Shown: positions 10,171 through 20,821, counted from the first letter of the stretch. The stretch: 64,000 bases of DNA from an uncultured Planctomycetales bacterium (GCA_964612665.1 CAZTCI010000002.1:432334-496333), one strand, 5' to 3'. Numbers and translations are program-made. Notes: generated by a model from the sequence alone, not told the origin.

Positions 10171-10856
10171 GGCTTATCTTTGTGGACACTTTTTAAAGGA
10201 ACAAACTCAATGGATTGTGTAAGCTGGCGATAAGAAGCAAAAATCTGATCAGCCCCTTTTAAGAATTTTCTCGGCAATGAAGTTTCTAGCGCAAAACATC
10301 TAAGGCCTGCGCTTTTAGCCGATTGGATACCGAAAGGAGCATTTTCAATTACAACGGTTTCGTGCGGCGATATCTTTAAATGCTGGACTGCTTTTCGATA
10401 CGGCTCTGGGTCAGGCTTCCCATAACGAACATCATTTCCCGTAATGGTCACAACAAAAAGACCGTAAATTTGTTTCGGTAAAATTCGTTCTACTTCTGGA
10501 CGGGAGGTTCCAGTGACTAATGCCAAACGAAATCCTGTCCTGTTCAAAGATCTTATATAACTTCTTGCGCCACTGATAAAGCGATGACGAACAATTTTTT
10601 GAAACAATTTTTCCTTCTTCTCTAAAATCTCTCTTGCGCGGCTTTGACTGAATAGTTTTCCATATTTCTTAAAGATTTCCGCAACACTAACAATACCTTT
10701 TTGCCCCTCGCGGCAATAAATATCAAAATGTGTGACGGAAATCCCCTCTTCCTGAAATACTCTCAGCCAAGCGCGGTAATGATAAGGCATTGTATCGGTA
10801 ATGACACCGTCCATATCAAAAATAACGGCATTAACTCTAAAAAGCTTTTTTGACAT
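10167..10856 (-). CDS. HAD-superfamily hydrolase (beta-phosphoglucomutase-like)
   Basis: AVIFDMDGVITDT motif I; likely start at the internal ATG at 10856. Confidence 0.75.
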   Translation of the reverse strand: MSKKLFRVNAVIFDMDGVITDTMPYHYRAWLRVFQEEGISVTHFDIYCREGQKGIVSVAEIFKKYGKLFSQSRAREILEKKEKLFQKIVRHRFISGARSYIRSLNRTGFRLALVTGTSRPEVERILPKQIYGLFVVTITGNDVRYGKPDPEPYRKAVQHLKISPHETVVIENAPFGIQSAKSAGLRCFALETSLPRKFLKGADQIFASYRQLTQSIEFVPLKSVHKDKP

Positions 10857-10967
10857 GATAACGATTATAGGCGATTCAATATAAAAAACAAGCGACGTCA
10901 TGAATTTGAATCACGGATGGAATTGAGGAAGAAATTAAAAATTAATTGAGAACCAACGGTGAGATTA

Positions 10968-11582
10968 CTAGTCCTTACTAAAATGGTCTTTTGGAAAACT
11001 AAATTTTTTGGTGCGGCGTTGTTTTTGAAGACGACCTTGTAAGTCATTATTGATGTTCACTTCTGGAGCATCTACTGATGCTTTAAAACCTTGATGGTTA
11101 GTACTGGTTGGAGATTGGATGCCGCCGTTAAGAGGTGCTTTTTTCAAAGATTCTTCCAAGTTAGTTGGAGGTTGAAATTTGCCGCTTATATCCATACCTT
11201 CGTCTAAGTCACTTGTCAACTTTATTTGCGGTGCTTGAAAACGGCTTTGGGGAAGTTTTCGATTTGGATCTTTTACAACATTAGGCAGATTAATCGGTGC
11301 AGGCGGCTGTTCATCAGAAACCTCTTTCTCAGCTTCTAGTTCGGCCAAAAATGCTTTGCGTTCTTCGGGGTAAGACTCTTCCCAAGAGAAACCATATTCC
11401 TGTTCAAAACGTTTTTGATTTAAGAATGACAGCCCTTGCATGGATTGAATTTGAGGGGAAGTTTGTTTACTTATACTTGGATCGGCGAAAAGGAGCTTAA
11501 CTGAAAATAAAAGTCCACAACCGCTCATCGCCAAGATCAACAAGTTTTTTAATTTAAGCTGATTAAATTGGGTTGATTGCAT
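10968..11582 (-). CDS. Secreted low-complexity hypothetical protein
   Basis: Signal peptide, P/Q/E-rich and probably disordered, no recognisable domain. Confidence 0.4.
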   Translation of the reverse strand: MQSTQFNQLKLKNLLILAMSGCGLLFSVKLLFADPSISKQTSPQIQSMQGLSFLNQKRFEQEYGFSWEESYPEERKAFLAELEAEKEVSDEQPPAPINLPNVVKDPNRKLPQSRFQAPQIKLTSDLDEGMDISGKFQPPTNLEESLKKAPLNGGIQSPTSTNHQGFKASVDAPEVNINNDLQGRLQKQRRTKKFSFPKDHFSKD

Positions 11583-11688
11583 TTTACGAAGATTTTATAA
11601 CCGTTTCATGGGAGAACTGCACTTAAAGTATAGCACACGATAGGCAAGTTGGGCAGGGAAAGGCTAAATTTGCTTTGCTATATAAAAA

Positions 11689-12348
11689 TCAATCAGTGAT
11701 GTGATGTTTAATGACTTTTCCGTCGACCATGTAAATGATATCTTCGCAAATATTGGTCGAATGATCAGCAACTCTCTCCAAATTCTTAGCAACTAAAACT
11801 AGATCAATAATCCGTTCAACGGATGACTGATCTTCAACTTTGCAAGCCAATAATTCCATAAAAATTTCATGGTCTAGATCATCGACTTCGTCATCCCGCT
11901 TGCAGACCTCATAAGCTAATTTTGAGTCTTTAGTAACAAAGGCATTAAGACTATCGCGCAGCATTCCTTGCGCGGCTTCCGCCATTTTAGGGATGTCGAT
12001 TCGTAACTTTAAAGGCGGCACTTTAATTAAATCTAATGTCCGCTGGCCAATATTCACAGCCAAATCACCAATTCTTTCCAGGTCATTATTAATTTTTAAA
12101 GTCGATGTAATAAAGCGTAAATCTCCTGCGGTCGGCTGATAAAGTGCCAGAAGTTTTAAACACAAATCATCAATTTCAATTTCAAGCATGTTGATTACAT
12201 CATCGGACTTAATTACTTTATAAGCTAATTCTGAATTGCGGTCGATCAATGCTTTAATTGAAGTGCTGATGCTCTCTTCAACCAATCCGCTCATGCGTAA
12301 AAGTTTTTCTTTAAGATGATTGAGCGCCTCGTCAAAATGTCTTTCCAT
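11689..12348 (-). CDS. phoU: Phosphate signalling regulator PhoU (copy 1)
   Basis: Two PhoU repeats (DLERIGD / NLERVADH motifs), 219 aa. Confidence 0.9.
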   Translation of the reverse strand: MERHFDEALNHLKEKLLRMSGLVEESISTSIKALIDRNSELAYKVIKSDDVINMLEIEIDDLCLKLLALYQPTAGDLRFITSTLKINNDLERIGDLAVNIGQRTLDLIKVPPLKLRIDIPKMAEAAQGMLRDSLNAFVTKDSKLAYEVCKRDDEVDDLDHEIFMELLACKVEDQSSVERIIDLVLVAKNLERVADHSTNICEDIIYMVDGKVIKHHITD

Positions 12349-12478
12349 AATTATTTCCTTGCTGTAATTATAGCTTAAAGTTTAAAGTATACGATTTTCA
12401 ATTTCATTTTTTTAATAATGCTTAATCAATGATACACAAGGCATCAAAATACTAACCAAAACGCCCAGGAATATAATC

Positions 12479-12703
12479 ATTAACGCCGTGTGCGAGTTTC
12501 AATAAAGCAAACCTTTGAGTTTCAAAAGATCACGGTTTAATTCCAAGTTCAAAAAGATACCACAGGTATTTACGAATAAGGCGGTTGCTCAAATGCCACA
12601 GGCGCCCTCCTTTCGTTTTGGGTTACTTTAGTCAGTTCCCATTTTAGCGTTAGGAGGGTTTCTTTTTTACTTTATTCAGGAAAAACTCGCACACGGCGTT
12701 AAT
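12479..12703. mobile_element. 225-bp non-coding element bounded by perfect 21-bp inverted repeats (MITE-like or IR-flanked sRNA locus) between phoU and phoR
   Basis: ATTAACGCCGTGTGCGAGTTT at 12479-12499, exact reverse complement at 12683-12703; no ORF; internal CCCTCCT/AGGAGGG stem followed by a T-tract. Confidence 0.5.
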
Positions 12704-12755
12704 TGTTAAATAAATATTATGATTTAATTAAAAAATTTAATGTTTGGATAGGAAT

Positions 12756-14120
12756 TTAGCTAGGACAAACAGGAAGGAAAATTGAAAAAGTAGAACCAGC
12801 TTGAGGCTCGCTTTCAACCGAAACTTTGCCTTGATGCAGTTGAACAATATGTTTGACGATAGAAAGTCCTAAGCCCGTGCCGCCAAGCTCTCTTGAACGG
12901 CCGCGGTCGACTCTGTAAAAACGTTCAAAAATACGTGGCAAATGTTCAGACTCAATGCCAATGCCCGTATCCTTAACATCAATTTGAATAAAACCATTTT
13001 GTTGAATACTGTTAATGATGATAGAACCGCCCGGGGGAGTAAATTTGATGGCGTTATCGATTAAATTAAAGAAAACTTGTTCTATTTTATTCCGGTCAGC
13101 CAGAATAGAAGGTAACTCTCGCGCCAGCTTTAAATGAATATTCAGTTTTTGATTCTCAAAACGTTCTTTATATAAGTTGAGTATCGCTTCCAAAAATGCA
13201 TTCACAGAAATCTTTTCACGGTTTAATTTAACTTCACGCGACTCAATAGCTGATAAACTTAACAAATCATTCACTAAATTTTCCAAACGTTCCGTATGCT
13301 TAGCGATGATCTCTAAGAATTTAATTGCGCTCCCTCGATCATTAATCGCCCCTTCTTTCAAGGTCTCAACAAATCCTTTAATTGTAGTTAAAGGCGTTTT
13401 AAGCTCATGAGAAACGTTTGCGACAAATTCTGAACGCAATCGGGCCAGCTTTTTAAGTTCAGTAATATCATGAAAAACCGCAACGACACCCAAAAGATAG
13501 CCTGACTCTAAAACAACCGATGAAACCTGAACACTAAAATGCGTTTCTTCCGGTGAAATAATGGTTAGTTCCCGCACCAGTGAACTTTTTGTGGCCATGG
13601 CCTCTTTAATAAAAGAATTAATCTCCTGATGTCGGATGACTTCCCAATACGGCCGGCCGATTGTTTCACGTGAACGCAGTTCAAGCATCGTATAAACCGG
13701 CGCATTCAAAAGCAAAATGCGTTCATCTTTTCCAACGACAATAACGCCCTCAATCATGCTGGAAACAATCGCTTTAATTTCGCTTTTGTCGCGGATTGTT
13801 TCTTTAACCCGGTTTTGCAACTCGATAGACATCTGATTGAGATTATCGGCCAACTCGCCAAATTCATCTTTATGACTTAAGCGAATATGCTCCTGAAAAT
13901 TTCCTTGAGCCAAATTTTCGATGATTTTCTTAATTTCTTGTATGGGTTTTTGGAAAATTCTCCAGGAGGCAAAACTAACCGCGCAGGTCAGCAGGACACC
14001 GAAGATTATTAAGACAGGGTAATTTGAAAACGAAGGTTGTATAAGTAAAACGAAGATTAAAATTCCAAATTGGATAACAACAAGGTTAATAAAAAATAAA
14101 TTACGTTGAACCTTATTCAT
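12756..14120 (-). CDS. phoR: Phosphate-regulon sensor histidine kinase PhoR-like (TM, PAS, HisKA, HATPase)
   Basis: H-box VSHELKTPLT, N/G-box ATPase motifs; probable start at the ATG at 14120, overlapping the phoB stop. Confidence 0.85.
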   Translation of the reverse strand: MNKVQRNLFFINLVVIQFGILIFVLLIQPSFSNYPVLIIFGVLLTCAVSFASWRIFQKPIQEIKKIIENLAQGNFQEHIRLSHKDEFGELADNLNQMSIELQNRVKETIRDKSEIKAIVSSMIEGVIVVGKDERILLLNAPVYTMLELRSRETIGRPYWEVIRHQEINSFIKEAMATKSSLVRELTIISPEETHFSVQVSSVVLESGYLLGVVAVFHDITELKKLARLRSEFVANVSHELKTPLTTIKGFVETLKEGAINDRGSAIKFLEIIAKHTERLENLVNDLLSLSAIESREVKLNREKISVNAFLEAILNLYKERFENQKLNIHLKLARELPSILADRNKIEQVFFNLIDNAIKFTPPGGSIIINSIQQNGFIQIDVKDTGIGIESEHLPRIFERFYRVDRGRSRELGGTGLGLSIVKHIVQLHQGKVSVESEPQAGSTFSIFLPVCPS

Positions 14121-14814
14121 CGGAGTCTTCCAACTCTTTAAAACGATAACCAACACCACGCACTGTCTCAATCAAATCTGCCGCGTCATCCAATTTTTTA
14201 CGAAGGGCGCGGATATGTACATCAACCGCCCGGTCAACAATATACTTCCCGTCCTTCCAAACCTTATCCATAATTTGATCGCGGCTAAAAACCCGACCTG
14301 GGTAACGGGATAAAAATTCCAAGATATTAAATTCAATGGTCGTTAAATCAATTGACCGGTCTTTATAGGTGATCTTATGTTTCGGTAAATCTATTTTTAA
14401 GAATCCAATTGCGCGGACTTGGTCAGGCATGGCCTTTTCTGACAACCGGCGCATCACAGCTTTAATACGGGCATTAAGAACTTTGGGGCTGAAAGGTTTC
14501 GTAATGTAATCATCGGCACCTAACTGCAACCCGACGACAACATCGGCCTCTTCACTCTTGGCGGTTAAAAAAATAATCGGTATTTTACTGCTCTTGGGAT
14601 CTTGTTTAATGATACGGCAGGTTTCTAAACCATCTATGCCTGGCAACATCAAATCTAAAAGGACAAGCTCGGGCGTTTCTTTGCTTATAATTTCTAAGGC
14701 CTCTTCACCACTCGCCGCCGAAATCACATGATAACCTTCGCGCTCAAGATTATATCGAACCAACTCAATAATGTCTTTTTCATCCTCGATGATTAAAATC
14801 TTTGCTTTGGCCAT
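14113..14814 (-). CDS. phoB: Phosphate-regulon response regulator PhoB (OmpR family)
   Basis: MAKAKILIIEDE receiver, winged-helix C-terminus; start taken at the internal ATG at 14814. Confidence 0.85.
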   Translation of the reverse strand: MAKAKILIIEDEKDIIELVRYNLEREGYHVISAASGEEALEIISKETPELVLLDLMLPGIDGLETCRIIKQDPKSSKIPIIFLTAKSEEADVVVGLQLGADDYITKPFSPKVLNARIKAVMRRLSEKAMPDQVRAIGFLKIDLPKHKITYKDRSIDLTTIEFNILEFLSRYPGRVFSRDQIMDKVWKDGKYIVDRAVDVHIRALRKKLDDAADLIETVRGVGYRFKELEDSDE

Positions 14815-14908
14815 ATTTTTCCTCACACCTAAATTAAATGCAACTGTTCGATATAATACTACAAACACCTGAATCAGAAAACAGTTCTCAAGTGAATTCA
14901 ATTCAGAT

Positions 14909-15559
14909 TTAAATTTTATGATGCTGAATCGCTTTGCCCTCAACCATGAATATCACGTCTTCCCCAATGTTCGTTGAAAGATCAGCGATGCGTTCCAGAT
15001 TGTGAGAAATCCTGATCAAATGTAAAGCCCGTTCAATTGTGGTCACATCGGAAATCATGTAGGTTAAAAGTTCGCGAAAGATTTGCTCAGCTAAACGGTC
15101 CACTTGCGAATCCCGGCCGCAGACATTTTTAGATAAGGAAGCGTCCTCGTTGATAAAAGCATCGATGCTGTCTTTTACCATCCGGACAGTTAATTCAGCC
15201 ATTCGCGGGATATCAATAAGCGGTTTTAGAAGCGGTTTGGAAATTAAAAAAAGACTGCTTTCGGCAATATTCACACCATGGTCCGCCATGCGTTCCAAAT
15301 CTTTATTGATTTTATAAATCATCATAACGGTGCGCAGGTCTTTGGCCTTTGGTTCATACTGCGCCATCAAATGGATACACATTTCTTCGAGTTCCGAATC
15401 ATAGGCATTAGCTTTGATTTCATCTTTGTAAATAACAGCATCCAATAATTCTTTTTCTCTATTCAAAAGCCCTTTAATGCTTTTATCAATTAAATTTTCA
15501 ACAAGCGTGGCAGAGGTGATCAGTTCTTTTTTAAGTGCGTTTAGTTTGACGTCGAGCAT
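14909..15559 (-). CDS. phoU: PhoU (copy 2)
   Basis: Two PhoU repeats, 216 aa, immediately downstream of pstB. Confidence 0.9.
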   Translation of the reverse strand: MLDVKLNALKKELITSATLVENLIDKSIKGLLNREKELLDAVIYKDEIKANAYDSELEEMCIHLMAQYEPKAKDLRTVMMIYKINKDLERMADHGVNIAESSLFLISKPLLKPLIDIPRMAELTVRMVKDSIDAFINEDASLSKNVCGRDSQVDRLAEQIFRELLTYMISDVTTIERALHLIRISHNLERIADLSTNIGEDVIFMVEGKAIQHHKI

Positions 15560-15606
15560 GGATTCTCCTTTTAAGAGTAACGCTACTCTTTACTTCATAA
15601 ATAATC

Positions 15607-16464
15607 TTAACCAAATTTTCCCGTCAAATAAGCTTCCGTGCGTTTGTCCTTTGGAACTGTAAACATTTTTTCGGTGTTGCCGAATTCAATGAGCTCTCCT
15701 AAGTACAAAAACGCAGTAAAGTCTGAAACGCGGGCGGCTTGCTGCATGTTGTGGGTGACAATGATAATGGTGTAATCATTTTTCAATTCAAAAATTAATT
15801 CTTCAATCTTTGCTGTTGCGCCCGGATCCAAGGCTGAACAAGGTTCGTCCATTAAAATAACTTCCGGCCCGATAGCCAACGCCCGGGCGATACAAAGACG
15901 CTGCTGCTGCCCGCCGGAAAGCGCCAAAGCCGATTTGGAAAGATGGTCTTTGACCTCATCCCATAACGCCGCGCGCTTAAGACTTTTTTCGACAATTCCA
16001 TTTAAAGTATCTCTGTCTTTAATGCCGATAATCTTTAATCCATAAACGACATTTTCATAAATGGATTTTGGAAACGGCGTTGATTTCTGAAAGACCATGC
16101 CGATCCGTCGGCGCAGTGCGACCACATCGGTATCGCGATTGTAAATATCTTTACCGTCAATTAATATCTCGCCTTCCATTCGGCTGCTGGGGATCAGATC
16201 ATTCATGCGGTTAAAAGTCCTAATCAGTGTAGATTTACCACATCCGGAAGGACCGATAAGCGCGGTCACCTTTTTACTGGCGATATCAATTGAAATGTTC
16301 GATAAGACTTTGAGCTGGCCATAATAAAAATTTAAATTCTTAACCGCTATTTTGACCGCATCCGGTGCCGTTGTTTTGGAGTCTTCTTTCTGAGTCTTCG
16401 GTGTGGCAAAAACGGGGTTGGCTTTATTTGCAGTTGACAATTTTTTTTCTTCTGTTTTATTCAT
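15607..16464 (-). CDS. pstB: Phosphate ABC transporter ATP-binding protein PstB
   Basis: NLNFYYG, Walker [18 protein letters not shown] signature; about 35-aa N-terminal extension. Confidence 0.9.
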   Translation of the reverse strand: MNKTEEKKLSTANKANPVFATPKTQKEDSKTTAPDAVKIAVKNLNFYYGQLKVLSNISIDIASKKVTALIGPSGCGKSTLIRTFNRMNDLIPSSRMEGEILIDGKDIYNRDTDVVALRRRIGMVFQKSTPFPKSIYENVVYGLKIIGIKDRDTLNGIVEKSLKRAALWDEVKDHLSKSALALSGGQQQRLCIARALAIGPEVILMDEPCSALDPGATAKIEELIFELKNDYTIIIVTHNMQQAARVSDFTAFLYLGELIEFGNTEKMFTVPKDKRTEAYLTGKFG

Positions 16465-16476
16465 GGTTAAACCTCA

Positions 16477-17403
16477 TTATCGTTTGCCTGATGAAATTTT
16501 GAGCTGCCGGGTCACGAAAAAATTCGCCACAATGTTGATTAAAAACACGATAAGAATCAAAACCAGCGCACCAGCCCAGGCTTGCCGGTGCCAGTCATCA
16601 AAAGGAGAAATGGCGTATGAAAAAATTTGCAGAGGCAAAGCAGCAATCGGCTGCATCAAAGATGAATGCCAGAACCGGTTTCCAAACGCGGTAAAAAGTA
16701 GCGGAGCTGTTTCGCCGGCGATTCTCGCCAAAGAAACCATGATGCCGGTCACAATGCCGCCGCTGGCAACGGGCAAAACAATATCTAAAATCACTTTCCA
16801 TTTCGGCGCCCCCAATGCCAATCCAGCCTCGCGTAATGCCTCCGGAACCATTTTTACAAAATTTTCAGTTGTTCTGGTTATCATCGGAATCATCATAATC
16901 CCTAAAGCCATTCCACCGGAGACCGCGGAAAAAGTTTTCATCGGTAAAACAAAAACCGCGTAAGCAAAAATTCCATAAACAATCGATGGAATTCCATTCA
17001 TGACATCCGCTAAAAATCGGACAATATAAGCGAAACGGTGATTGGCATATTCACTTAAATAAATTCCAGCGCCTAACCCAATCGGCACTCCAACGCAAAA
17101 AGCGACTGCTAAAAGAATAAGCGTTCCTACAATCGCATTGGCCATTCCTCCGCCGGCTTCTCCGACGGGTTTCGGCAAATGCGTAAAGAAATCCAAATTA
17201 ATCGAACTCATTCCTGTAGAAAGCAAATGAAAAAGAATACTAAAAAGAAAAATTAAAACACATATCGCGCAAACCGGAAGAACCAGCATAACCACGGAAT
17301 CAACAACCCGCCGCTGCTGCCGTGTCTTTTGAAACGAACTTTCAATGCGTTCATGAATCGCTTTGTCGCTAAATACGTCGAGCGTGAACGTAGTTTCACT
17401 CAT
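16477..17403 (-). CDS. pstA: Phosphate ABC transporter permease PstA
   Basis: ABC permease with EAA-like loop; start taken at the ATG at 17403 with an AAAGGAA RBS, 12 nt after the pstC stop. Confidence 0.85.
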   Translation of the reverse strand: MSETTFTLDVFSDKAIHERIESSFQKTRQQRRVVDSVVMLVLPVCAICVLIFLFSILFHLLSTGMSSINLDFFTHLPKPVGEAGGGMANAIVGTLILLAVAFCVGVPIGLGAGIYLSEYANHRFAYIVRFLADVMNGIPSIVYGIFAYAVFVLPMKTFSAVSGGMALGIMMIPMITRTTENFVKMVPEALREAGLALGAPKWKVILDIVLPVASGGIVTGIMVSLARIAGETAPLLFTAFGNRFWHSSLMQPIAALPLQIFSYAISPFDDWHRQAWAGALVLILIVFLINIVANFFVTRQLKISSGKR

Positions 17404-17414
17404 AATAAATTCCT

Positions 17415-18347
17415 TTAAGCTTTGGCTAAAGTCGGATTTGATTTTGACGTCACGGACCAAATCAAAAGTCGGGCCACGACATTAACCACAATTGAAACGA
17501 CTAACAACACCAATCCAATTTCCATTAAAGCTGATTGATATAATTTTGTTGTTGCTTCTGCAAATTCATTGGCAATAACACTGGCTAACGTATAACCAGG
17601 AGAAAATAACGATGCTGAAATTTTAACGTTATTGCCGATGATCATGGTCACCGCCATCGTTTCTCCGATTGCCCGTCCTAACGCCAAAATAATGCCGCCT
17701 AAAATTCCTGGTTTGCCATAACTTAAAATAATGCCGCGCAATGCTTCCCATCGCGTTACGCCCAATGCGTACGCGGCTTCTTTATAAACTTGAGGGACTG
17801 CTAAAATAACTTCTCGCGAGACAGAAATAATAAATGGAACAATCATGATCGCTAAAATCACGCTGGCCGAAAGAATTCCGACGCCATAATTAGGTCCATG
17901 AAAAAATGGTAAGAACCCAAAACATTTTCCTAGAAAAGGTTGAACATGCAGACGCATAATTGGAACTAAAACAAATATGCCCCACAACCCATAAATGACA
18001 CTGGGGATCGCAGCCAAAAGATCAATCAGCATCGAAACAATTTTACGGATTTGGACTGGCGCGTATTCAGCTAAATAAATCGCCGCGCCCAAACCGATTG
18101 GGATCGCCAGTAAAAGTGCAACGATCGATGATACGATCGTCCCAAAAATAAAAGGCAGTGCACCGAAATTATCAAAAACCGGGTCCCAGGTCTGCGTGAT
18201 CAAAAATTGTAAACCGAATTTTTGTAAAGAAAGTTCGGATGTTTTGAATAATTCAAAAAATATTCCACCGACGATAAGTAAAATCAGGCAAGGAAAAATA
18301 CTAAGAATTCTTTTAAAAATAATATCGCCGGTATCGTGTCTGGTCAT
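17415..18347 (-). CDS. pstC: Phosphate ABC transporter permease PstC
   Basis: Six-TM permease with a PstC-like sequence. Confidence 0.85.
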   Translation of the reverse strand: MTRHDTGDIIFKRILSIFPCLILLIVGGIFFELFKTSELSLQKFGLQFLITQTWDPVFDNFGALPFIFGTIVSSIVALLLAIPIGLGAAIYLAEYAPVQIRKIVSMLIDLLAAIPSVIYGLWGIFVLVPIMRLHVQPFLGKCFGFLPFFHGPNYGVGILSASVILAIMIVPFIISVSREVILAVPQVYKEAAYALGVTRWEALRGIILSYGKPGILGGIILALGRAIGETMAVTMIIGNNVKISASLFSPGYTLASVIANEFAEATTKLYQSALMEIGLVLLVVSIVVNVVARLLIWSVTSKSNPTLAKA

Positions 18348-18380
18348 AATTAGTAAACTTAAAAACGTTAAAAAAAAATA

Positions 18381-18477
18381 GATTTAACGCGAATCATCGC
18401 AGATTACACACCGATTATCGCAGATATTAATTGAAATCTGCGTGTATATATGTGCCATCCGCGAGGATCCGCGTTAA
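18381..18477. repeat. Palindromic intergenic repeat element, copy A (pstC-pstS spacer)
   Basis: GATTTAACGCGAATCATCGCAGATTACACACCGATTATCGCAGAT ... AATCTGCGTGTATATATGTGCCATCCGCGAGGATCCGCGTTAAA. Confidence 0.75.
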
Positions 18478-18491
18478 AAAAGTTTTCAACA

Positions 18492-19499
18492 CTATTTAAC
18501 TTGATCAAGTTTAGCGTCAATCATACTAACGACGGCTTTAGGTAACGGGGCGTAATACAAAGCTTCAGTGTACTTTTGTCCATCGTGAATCGCCCAGCGG
18601 ATAAATTCCACAATGGCTTTTCCTTTAACGGCGTCATCCATTTTCTTATAAATCAAAAGCCAGGTAAACCCACTGATTGGATAAGCAGCGGCATTTGCGC
18701 TGTTGACCAATGACACCCGGAAATCAGCCGGGATAGTGACACCTTCAGCAGCTTTTGAAATACTTTCCAACGAAGGTTCAATAAATTTACCAGATTGATT
18801 TTGAACATAAGCATATCCAAGATCATTTTTAATGGCATAAGAAAATTCCACATAACCAATGCTTCCATCGGTTTGTTTAACCAGCCCAGCCACGCCTTCG
18901 TTACCTTTACCACCTAATCCCGTCGGCCAATTGACCGAAGTTCCTTTACCAACTTTTGATTTCCATGCGCCGCTGACATTGCTAAGGTAATCGGTAAAAA
19001 TATAAGAAGTCCCGCTTCCATCAGAACGATGAATGACGACAATCGCCTGGCTGGGTAGTTTAACGTCGGGATTAGAAGCTTTAATCCGTGCATCGTTCCA
19101 ATCTGTAATTTTTCCCAAGAATATATCAGCGATAACATCGGGCGTTAACTTCAAGCCTTTTTCAACACCGGCAACATTGTAAGTTACGACAACAGCTCCC
19201 ATGACCGTTGGGATATGATAGATCCGGCCCGGAGCTTCGGCTAACTGTTCTTGAGTCATTGGCCCGTCGCTGGCACCGAAATCAACGGTCTTAGCCGTGA
19301 TTTGTTTAATGCCGCCGCCGGAACCTATTGATTGATAATTAAAACGCACTTCGGGATTGATTTTCGAATAAACATCGAACCATTTTGAATAAATCGGATA
19401 CGGAAAAGTAGCGCCCGCGCCATTAATTAAAACCGGCGCTGCCATCACGTTCGTGGCCACGGCAAGTAACATAACAGTAGCTAAAATTTTTTTAAACAT
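18492..19499 (-). CDS. pstS: Periplasmic phosphate-binding protein PstS
   Basis: Signal peptide, GAGATFPYPIYSKW...SGTSY motifs. Confidence 0.9.
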   Translation of the reverse strand: MFKKILATVMLLAVATNVMAAPVLINGAGATFPYPIYSKWFDVYSKINPEVRFNYQSIGSGGGIKQITAKTVDFGASDGPMTQEQLAEAPGRIYHIPTVMGAVVVTYNVAGVEKGLKLTPDVIADIFLGKITDWNDARIKASNPDVKLPSQAIVVIHRSDGSGTSYIFTDYLSNVSGAWKSKVGKGTSVNWPTGLGGKGNEGVAGLVKQTDGSIGYVEFSYAIKNDLGYAYVQNQSGKFIEPSLESISKAAEGVTIPADFRVSLVNSANAAAYPISGFTWLLIYKKMDDAVKGKAIVEFIRWAIHDGQKYTEALYYAPLPKAVVSMIDAKLDQVK

Positions 19500-19564
19500 C
19501 GATACCTTCTCCCTTTTTGATGAGTTTTTTTATTGTGATCGACTTAAAAATTTTCACTGAAACG

Positions 19565-20821
19565 TTAGAATTTGAAATTGAAATCAGTTTGAACCAAACT
19601 CTCTGGCGCCTTGGTGGTCTTTCGGCGTTCCGTGCGGTAATAATCAATCACAAAGCTTACGTTTTTAGCTAAGCCAAGTTCCAAGATGCTTTCATACCCT
19701 TTGACATCCGTTGCACCGCCATAAAAATCTGAATCAGGCAAGGCATCAAGCCAAGCATCTCTGGCAATTGATTTATAGGCACCCGTAATTTTCCAGGCAC
19801 CAGCTGAACTTACGGTTGAATTCCCCATATAGGCCCCAAACATATAAGCGATATCTTGCTTTTCAGGTGATGGATTGTTTAAGTATTCGCCAAAAATACC
19901 AACTCTAGGGACATACAATATAGGAAGAGCTTCACCGAATGGATCGTTCAGCCCTAACTCGACGCCTACTTCCGGTGAAGAATAATGATATACATATTGG
20001 CTGGCCGCGTTTGTTGTGTTGGTTGTAGGACTCGAGCGGTTGGCCAATAAATTTTTATCAACATTATCCAAGCCGTTCCAAGTACCAACCAGTTTATAAT
20101 CAGCTTTTTCTCCCAACTTACCTTTGATGCCGCCCTGGATAACATACATAAACGGATCATCGGTAATTGAGGCACTTTCACTGAGTTGAAAAGCGGCCGC
20201 GGTTAAAAAGGGATTGATATAATCGTTGAGTTTATAATTTAACTGAATAGCACCGCCGTCAGGCGTGATGTCTGAGTCCCACAGGAATTCCATAGGTTCC
20301 CAAATGGGATTTTTCATTTTACCGCCGGTTAGTTTCATATAATCGTTGGGCGAATATTCGGCGTAAGCATAGTTCAAAACAACATTGCCTTTGGCAAAGG
20401 TACTCCCGAAAGACTGATTGTTTGACCGAGGATTACCGCCGTCACTGGCGAGACCAGCAGCCACTTTAACCTTGTCATTGATTTTAGTTTCAATGCCTAA
20501 ACGATAACGGATGCGTCCCCGGTTACGTTGTACGTCCGTGCTGTCGTTACGCAATGAATATTCATGACGTAAACGGAAATCACCGTTTAATTTCATATCT
20601 TGCACCCATTGCGGGAGATCAGATTTCATATTGGCTTCCCGAATGTTTTTTTCATCATAAACAATTTCACCTTTAATTTGGTCGGCTTCTTTTTCAGTCA
20701 GGATTCCTTTTTCAATGAGTTTATTTATTAAGGAATCAACCTGTGTGGTTGCCGCAAAACTGCATTGCGTAAAAACCAGTCCAGCAATAACGAAGATGCT
20801 TACTAAACCTTTTTTTCTCAT
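19565..20821 (-). CDS. Outer-membrane porin, probably phosphate-selective (first gene of the pst operon)
   Basis: Signal peptide, N-terminal coiled segment, beta-barrel strands ending ...TDFNFKF; placement directly upstream of pstS. Confidence 0.6.
   Translation of the reverse strand: MRKKGLVSIFVIAGLVFTQCSFAATTQVDSLINKLIEKGILTEKEADQIKGEIVYDEKNIREANMKSDLPQWVQDMKLNGDFRLRHEYSLRNDSTDVQRNRGRIRYRLGIETKINDKVKVAAGLASDGGNPRSNNQSFGSTFAKGNVVLNYAYAEYSPNDYMKLTGGKMKNPIWEPMEFLWDSDITPDGGAIQLNYKLNDYINPFLTAAAFQLSESASITDDPFMYVIQGGIKGKLGEKADYKLVGTWNGLDNVDKNLLANRSSPTTNTTNAASQYVYHYSSPEVGVELGLNDPFGEALPILYVPRVGIFGEYLNNPSPEKQDIAYMFGAYMGNSTVSSAGAWKITGAYKSIARDAWLDALPDSDFYGGATDVKGYESILELGLAKNVSFVIDYYRTERRKTTKAPESLVQTDFNFKF

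Noticed and set aside
14815-14943. N-terminal extensions on phoB and, similarly, on ispG (52964-53035), murB (55564-55668), sufD (60836-60874), sufC (61681-61719), pstA and the HAD hydrolase
   Set aside because: Read-through from upstream stop codons in the six-frame track. Conserved N-termini and RBS-like sequences support the internal starts used in the feature table.
16403-16963. 186-aa plus-strand ORF
   Set aside because: Lies entirely antisense to pstB/pstA with a low-complexity translation; spurious.
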